DNA of 64,000 nucleotides. Source: Paramecium tetraurelia (taxonomy: Eukaryota). The position numbers and the translations under genes were made by a program. Numbering within the stretch: the stretch's first letter is position 1; each line of letters starts with the position of its first letter. The notes under the pieces are model-generated. The model was given only the letters and a program-made list of their open reading frames with translations. It was not told the DNA's origin and made no database searches. Shown here in pieces: positions 56,085 through 64,000 of the stretch. The DNA lies in contig CT867988.1 of assembly GCA_000165425.1 (NCBI GenBank), positions 217,370-281,369 on the forward strand, given 5' to 3'.

Positions 56085-59000
56085 TCATCAAATCTCCTTA
56101 TCACTGAATTTGATTAAATTGTTTGATTAAAATTAACCTTATTGCTCAGGAATTTTACTTATTCCTATAGATTACTTGGAAATTAGAGTTAATTTCTTCC
56201 CAATAGGCCTGTCCTTTTAGAACATTGTTTTAATAATTTCACCATTTATAAGAGCTTCACTTTCATTATCAAATATAAACTTTATTCCTAATTCACGATA
56301 AAAAACATTTCTAATCATAAAATTGAGCTAAATTTGGTCTAAATCTCTTATTATCTTTCATCTTGTTATATTCATAAATCATTATTTCTTTATTATATTT
56401 TGGATCATAAAATTAAACATTATTAACTTATTTTATTGTTCTCTTTCTTTCGATTATTGATTATAAGTCTCTAAAAGTTCTAATATATGATTTTAAGTCT
56501 TCATTTCTTTATAGGATAATTTGACTCCCTATTCTTCACTTCCAAAGTCAGATGATGAACAGTCTAATATATAGAAAATTATTTATCTTCAACTTCTATT
56601 TTAAATTTTTAAATTACTTATGGATTTAGTTTAAGGGAATTCAGATTTTCTTATATACTCCTCTTAATTAACACTCTTTCATTACAATATCATACAAAGT
56701 TCTTTGATAAAATGAGACAATACATTTTGAAAGTAATTGATGATATTTATTAAGCCTTTAAAGATTTCATCTCCATATCTTAATCTTCAATATATGATTT
56801 CATTTTTTTTGTACTTTACATTTACTATTTTTACCTATTTTTATTTTTTCAATTTTAGAACTCAATTAACCTTAAGTCTAATTGAAAAACCTATAAAATC
56901 TTATATCTTAGTATATCCTCCCTAAATCTTGACCTCAAAGTACCAAATCTTGGTTGTTTGCCTAGCCTTTACTACAATTCAAGCTTCTCTTCTACTAAAA
57001 AACAATTTTCCATTTCGTCAATTAAATTACATTTATTGGACAGTGCCATAAGAATTTACGCAAGAGATGAAGGCTGATAGAATTATTTTTAAATTGAAAA
57101 TATCGATGATTACAAATTTAACAAGTGCATGAAAGTGAAACTTTATCATTCTTTTCAAAAAAGATTATATCTTTTTTCTAGAAATTAGATTTAAATTTAC
57201 GATATTGCTGTTATTCAACTATCAAATGCATATCTGGACAATCCATTACTTTTACTGTTTGACCATCTCTAAGACAGTCATAACAAAAGCATTAAATTGA
57301 TGATAACCCTTATTAAATTTTATTTCATTTTTGATTTAATGAAATCTTTCCTATAATTTTATCTATAATTTTAATAGTAAATCAATTTGATTAGATTTCA
57401 ATAATTGCTAAAACAACGACTTATCGATGTAAACTAAAGATGAAAAGTTAAAAATTCTTACAGATGCTGTAAAAGATAATCCTGTAAAGAAACCAGTATA
57501 GTCCTTTATATTCAAGTTTATTGAATTTCTGATTGCATCTTTGTAAAATAATTTCAATATTTCCACTTTGAATTAAATAGAGATGCTTTTCTGTTGTTAT
57601 GGGTTCATTCTCAAAGAAAATGAATTCTATATATAAAGCTGTGTATTATTTGAAGGTCTTTGTCACCTATTCGAGGAATGTCATTTTAAAATTACATCTT
57701 TAAAGAGGATAATAGCCTAAAATTGTACAGTTGAATATGGAAATTAATATGTGACATTTCTCATTACAATTTGATTTAGTGAAAGTACTTAAAGACATGT
57801 AGTACCATTAACTGGATTTCAAATTCAAATTTGTGAGCATAAAATAGATTATCGGTTATATTTTCAAGATTAAAGATAGCCTCTTGTTCCCAAATAAAAG
57901 TGAGGTATTTATTTACTTTATTCTATAACGCGACTGGTATTTATAGTTTCCTCATGTATTTTAAACTTAATTTGACTTTTTACGAATTTCAGCCTTTTTA
58001 TCAACCAATGCGATTTGAAGTAACAAGACTACAGTGGCAATAATCAAAAAGAATATTCCAAATAGTCTTTCCAAAGAAGTTCTAAGGGAGAAGTCTCCAT
58101 AGCCAACTGTATAAATTGTTGTATAAGCCCAGTAGAGAGAATTGATGTATCTAGCTGACCAATCTTCTTCATATATGCCATAATAATGAAGCCAATTGTC
58201 TTGAGAAGCTTCTTTGACAGTAATATTATGGAATATGCATCCTAACCAACGAGACCAAAATAATACAAACTAACTCAATTTAACAAAGCTAACTATTGTA
58301 GAGAGCATGATGTTTAATTAAATAGCATCCTCTATTTTATCAAAGAATAGCTTTAATTTTGCTAATCCTAAAAGATGTATGATTTTGATAAATCTCATAA
58401 ATCTGACGAGTTTCAGTAAGGAAAATGTTTAACTGTACTTTGAAGCATTCTGAGAAGAATTTGTAGTGGATTCTGAGCTCTAATTTCACTAACTCTAGTG
58501 GAAGCAGTGATGATGGCATCTTAGGGGAAGGAAGCTGCTAGATTAATCCAAAACCAAAAGTTTGATAGATGGGTATTCCCTTTCTGTACATGCTCGCATT
58601 GAAGGTAATGAGGATATCAAACATAAACATGATATCGATTATTTGATCTAAAGTGGGATTGATTTCAATATTGAAACATAATTTTTATGGAACGCTTAAA
58701 AACTTCATAAAATATCAATATCCAAAATTAATTTACCATAACCGTCTGCTTAAAATTCCCAATAACCATTTTGATTTTGAATTGCACTTTTATTATTATC
58801 TATATTTTGAGAAAACTCTATATTTGGATTTAGCTTTTATCTGATCTTTAAGAACTGAATTACTTATAGTTCTTTTTTTTCAATGAACACAGTTTGGTAG
58901 TTCTGAGAGTCCTGGCGAAGGATTTAAAAGGCAGTTCCAATTATTCAATTTATTTCTTCTATTTTTGAAATTCTATTCATCTGAAGAGTTCTCTAACTTG

Positions 59001-59200
59001 TTATTGAGGTAGACAATTCGAATAAACCTAAATGTCTCTTTCTAAATTATTGGTTCTTGTTTCCTTGATTTTCGTTTTAAACTCTGTTTATCTTTACTAA
59101 ACAATATTTCTCATCAATATGCTCTCCTTATCTCTGACATCGAAGCTGATGTCGCAGTTTAAAATCCTCCTCTTATAAGTCCCAACTTTGAGTTGATGAT
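56085..59200 (-). pseudogene. Frameshifted cyclic-nucleotide-binding-domain K+ channel (EAG/HCN-like) gene
   Basis: S4 LLKLVRFMRFIK, pore YINSLYWAYTTIYTVGYGD; frame changes between S2, S3 and S4 and after S6; no open 5' frame found. Confidence 0.75.
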
Positions 59201-59238
59201 AGTAAACATATATTATTTAGATAATGATAATTAATAAT

Positions 59239-60836
59239 TCATAAATTTGGTTTTTTGAGTTCCATTCTGTTATCATTGAAATTAGCTTTATTCTAATTGT
59301 CTTTTGTTTCTTATGCTTGCTCCTATTGTTCCAAGGCTAATTGATATTTTTCCAAAGATTCTTCGACAATTTTTGTGGCTTTAACGAAGCAGAAATGGAA
59401 AGTTTCAATAAATGTGTCCAAATGTCTAAAATCAATAGATGAAATGATACTCTTTAGTATGTTAGGGTTACAGGTTGACTCTCAATCTGGCTTATCCCAT
59501 TCTTACAATAGGATATTCAATTCCATTGCAATGTATTCCTTCATCAATCATTAATCTTGTTACTACTCGACATACTAATTCATTTCCTATCAACAATGGC
59601 AGAATTGGAGATGGATAACCAATGATCTGATAACCTCTGGCATTGAGTTCCTTTTTCATATAATGATAATTCTCTAAGACTTTAACTCTCAATCTATTTC
59701 CAACTTCGCTTTTTAATATTCTTAATTGAGCCAGAGCCGTAGCACATTAAACTGGATTCACTGAGTTAGTGAACATATAGGCTGAAGAGAAGAATTTAAG
59801 ATAATCAATGACTTCAAATGAATTGCAGGCAACCCAACCAACATTTGTTGATAAACATTTTGATCCTCCTGACATTAATAATACATTAGAGAAATCTTAT
59901 AGCCCTTATTATTCAAACACTCCCTTGCCTATATTTATAAATTTAACTCATTACCTGATTTTCCCATACATCCAAAGTCGTGTGCACAATCAATTAACAA
60001 AAAAGCCTCATATTTCATAGTCAATTTTTATAAAGCCACCAAATCAGTATAATCACTATCCATACTAAACAAACCTTCTGTTACTACTAGTATACAGGCA
60101 TCAGGATTTGCAGTTCTGGTTTCTGATAGTTTTTTCTCCATAGCTTCCAAACTCAAATGTGGGACTCTAGACACATTCTTTGTGGCTGCAAATGCTCCTT
60201 CAGTAAGACAATTATGGCATAATTCATCCATAATCACAAAATCATAAGGCCTAATTATTACACAATGCAAATACCTTATCAAACCTTTAATCACTCCAAA
60301 TCCTGCTAACCATCCTGCACTGTAAAGAATTACTTCGTTCATTCCCCAATAATCTTTCAACTCTTCTTTTAACTACATATAATATTTCGATGCACCAAAT
60401 GCTAAAGGTGCTCCACAAGAATTTACTGAGTACTCTTAAGCAGCAGTGGCAGCTGCTTCCTAAAATAATTTTTAAGTTAAATTACTTTTGCTTATTCATT
60501 TGTGCACAATCCCAAGTAATCAGCAGATGCGAAGTTGATTCCATAAAAAATATCTCCATAATCGTCCATTCCTATTGTTAAACTTATATTGTACCATAAC
60601 ATTCTTGAGCAGGTGGAGACATATTTCTTCTCTCATAAAGAATTATTTTCTATTTTCTCAAAGATCCCACTAAATTCTAAAATCCTTTCACTCTCTCAAA
60701 CAAATTCTATGATTTAAACTTAGATTACTACCTTTCCCTCCACATTTTTATATTCCAAATGACTCAATTTCAAATTTGTGATTGTAATACTTCTATCAAA
60801 CTCCTAACTTGGATTCAAACTTGGGTATTTTTACAT
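59239..60836 (-). CDS. PLP-dependent class II aminotransferase (alpha-oxoamine synthase family: BioF/KBL/SPT-like)
   Basis: INFASADYLGL, MDELCHNCL, VVTEGLFSMDSD, DCAHDFG, SGGSK (PLP Lys), YMFTNS, PSPILPL, YPIV..GQARLR; start approximate. Confidence 0.88.
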
Positions 60837-62019
60837 CTCTGCTCTTCTCTATTTAATTCAAATAATAATGTTCCCTCAGAAATTCCTGATTTGAATCACT
60901 CAAAAGTACTACACAAATTATTCTGGATTAATTAAATACGTATTAATTTATTACATAATATTATTAAAATATGTATCTAATTTCAAATTTAAATTAATCA
61001 TCTCTTTTTATAAAAACATTGCTCCTTTACCTAGGACCTTAATGAATACCAGATCTTCAAATTTCGAATATATTTCACCCGATATTTGATATATTTGGGT
61101 CTAATTTCTAGGACCATTGAGTTGACAATTGTTCATCGTGTGTTAAAATAAAAAAATATGAAATGACTATACTTATTTAATTTATCTATTTACTCATTTT
61201 AATATTTCCATCGCCATCCCCGCTATTAAATTGACAATATTATCTATGGGATTCAAGCAACTTTTCATTTCAGGTATTACACTCAATTTGAAATAATACT
61301 TAGAACTCTTTCGTACTACTCAAATATCATAATTGTTTATTCCAAATTACAACATGTCCATTCTAATTTATTATATTAATTGTCACTCCTCTTTAAACTA
61401 GAAATGCCCCTCTCATAAAATTTAAACCATTAATTCTCATCAGAGACATTAAAAAAAATAACCTCATCTCGACTACAACACTTCATATTCAAATTAATAA
61501 TAATTGTCTCTATTTCATGTGATTTAATTGCAACTAAATCAAATCTTTTTCACAATGATCAACCCTAGTCCCTCTATAGAATTTTTCTCAAAATACTCCC
61601 TAATTTCACTACATCAAATAATACTAATTTTATAATTTTTGATTCTAAATTTATCCAGTCTCTTTGAGCAATTTAATAATTTATCTCAACAGGATATTCT
61701 GACCACTTCTATTTTTCTGTCATATACTGTATAATAAATCTTGAATTCCTTAAGATGATACCAGAAATATTTCAATGTATTTCAGATATTCAATCATATA
61801 ATTGTATAATTATGATCCTTAATTCTTAAATTATCAAAAATTTAATGCACATCATTATCTTAATCATATTTCCTTTATGCTTTCAATATTTCATTTATTA
61901 ATATTTTTAGCTAAATCATGTCTTTATTCCTGTTCCCTTTACTTTATGAAACTTTAATATATTAATAAGACAATTATATTGTTATCAATAATATTCTAAA
62001 TAATATATATACATTAATT

Positions 62020-63507
62020 TCAATAAAAAGTGGTTTCATTTTTAAAATACGTAAAGTGTTAAAGTAATTTAGTTTAATTATAATTTTGTTTTTTTGGAAT
62101 CCCATTAGAATAAATCTAGCATTTCAACTTTCTATACTTTGAAGGGAATTCAATAGACTAAATATTAGAACATAACTCACTCTTCCGTTGATGCCCTTAT
62201 GAATCAAAGTTTTTAACCAATTTCATATATGCATTATATAATCGAGATACAGAAGAAGTGAATGTTTATCCACGAAACTAAATAGTGCTTTTGGAAAAGT
62301 AGACTACTTTTTTAGTAGCCATCCTTTCCAACTGTTTTAAATCTTTCATTAAACAATGAACAATCACTATCTAAACTATTAAAGAGAATATAAAAAAGGT
62401 TCCCAATATTTGTAACCAGGAATCAATTAATTGATTTTGAAACCCAATCTATTTATTATAAATGTCTTATTGCTATTTCAGATATTGACTTTCATCATAA
62501 ACTACGAATAAAAAATAATTTAATTTAGTCAGTATTGTTCTCAAGACTATGATATTTTTCTAATAAACGCTATTGTACAAGTAAAAAATATCTTTACCCT
62601 CTTTTATTAAGTTATTCCAGTCAGTTTCATTAAATCCTGTTAAACTTTAGTCGTACATTTTTATTAAAACTTTTACTCCATTAGCATAAAGATCACTGAT
62701 AACAATATTGCCACTGCTATCCACTAAATAATATTATGAAGTATTGGTTTGAATCTTGGGCATTCTTGTAAAATCTAAGTCTTGTCCTATCAACCCTTCG
62801 AATTGTTTATGAGTTAAATTTGTCGTCTATGAAATGAAAACTACATCTATCCATGAAACATACGGATCGCTAACTATTATTTACTTGCCTGTTCCCATCT
62901 GAGCTATATGATCTCTATACCATTACCTAGTATGAGGGTAATAGTTTGAGAGTGCATATCCTTTGTTTTATGAAAAAAATTATTCCTCTCCGACATGAGC
63001 CATCAAAGTTAATAATTAAAGGTCATAAATTCTTAAGGTTTCTGTTAATAAAGATGTTAATTTCAGTATGTTCTAATATTTACTAATATTTAAGCCATTT
63101 GTCAAATTGCAAAAAGCATAGCAAAAAGAAAAAAGGTATGCATATGAATCATTGAATTATTAATTATTTAAGCAATCATAAGGCATTTCAATCTGGAAAT
63201 CCTTATCGATTATCTAATATAACTAATTAATAGATAAAAGCTATCTTGTACTATCCTAAAAAACGTCAAGAGTTGAAGATTTTTCAAGGTAACTCAACAT
63301 ATTCAAATGATTCTGAGTTTCTTTCTAAAATATTTCTTAAGTAATAGCCATTAACTACTCTGTAACAATGTACATATAGATTAAATTGCTAACTAAAAAA
63401 ATTATCACACTTAAAAGTGTAATAATTAAGTGGAAACAACAAATCTAGTTGCTAATCCTCCAATTTCTACATAAAAAGTTTCGATAAATCTATTTTTTCT
63501 ATATCAT
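62020..63507 (-). CDS. Two-TM membrane protein with extracellular Cache-like domain (495 aa, intronless)
   Basis: TM1 LIITLLSVIIFLVSNLIYMYIV; YYPHTRQWY...VSDPY...GLIGQD; YYLVDSSGNIV; TM2 WLQILGTFFIFSLIVQIVIV; cytoplasmic tail with SRLYNAYMKL. Confidence 0.8.
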
Positions 63508-64000
63508 ATATTTTCCACTTAATAATAAAGAAAATTATTTTTTTTAAAAAGATAAGGATTTAATTGCTGATTAAATACTCAGATATTCATTATATAATGA
63601 TATTTTTATCACCACTCTTTTATATATTAAAATTTGTTTTAAGTGCAATTTAGAGGTGAACTTTTAAATTACAAGATAAAATATTATCTTAAATATATAT
63701 AAAGTGTTTTAAATATTATTATGAGAATCTAATAAATTCAAATAATGATGAGTATCTAAATATAATAAAGTCATTTGTCAAAATAATATTTATCTATGAT
63801 ATTTAATTAGAAAGTATCATATGCCTTTAGAACATCTCTTCTCAAGCATTGATGGATTTTAAAATAATAATTTATAATTAATTCTCAATAAAAATCAAAA
63901 ATAATATTTATTTTCATTAAAATATTTTCTATAGAGCCATAATATTACAAACTATTACCTTATCGATCACATAAATCGAATTTGTGATATGTTATAAAAA

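Noticed and set aside
61000..61900. Minus-strand fragments resembling a WD40 end (SGDGDGNIK) and a kinase Gly loop (IKVLGKGA)
   Set aside because: Isolated short matches with no continuous frame; cannot support a call
63966..63988. Short imperfect inverted repeat ATCACA...TGTGAT
   Set aside because: Too short in AT-rich DNA; no RNA gene or element features, and it sits at the window edge

Overview
Very AT-rich, gene-dense ciliate macronuclear DNA, almost certainly Paramecium (P. tetraurelia-like). TAA/TAG read as Gln, TGA is the only stop, and genes carry 20-30 nt GT-AG introns, so the supplied standard-code ORF track is fragmented or spurious. Re-reading by hand gives about 33 genes plus several decayed loci. 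Recognisable genes: cGMP-dependent kinase, cathepsin L, clathrin light chain, MTA1/AMT1-type MT-A70 adenine methyltransferase, TTLL3-type glycylase, centrin, porphobilinogen deaminase, Lon protease, MOK kinase, CCT4, RPL35A, RPS19, acid phosphatase, bacterial-type short threonine dehydratase, Rab11, three trichocyst matrix proteins, MORN protein, UNC119, ATP-PEPCK, ZMYND12-like protein and an alpha-oxoamine synthase. An IQCH-like gene and a CNBD K+ channel are pseudogenes. Most notable: an intronless 2-TM protein with a Cache-like domain carrying the amino-acid-binding motif (candidate chemoreceptor), an EGF+7TM receptor-like gene, a shared upstream motif in the TMP genes, and several single-base insertions or a non-canonical intron in otherwise intact genes. 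All product calls come from recognised motifs, not database searches; some start and end coordinates are approximate.
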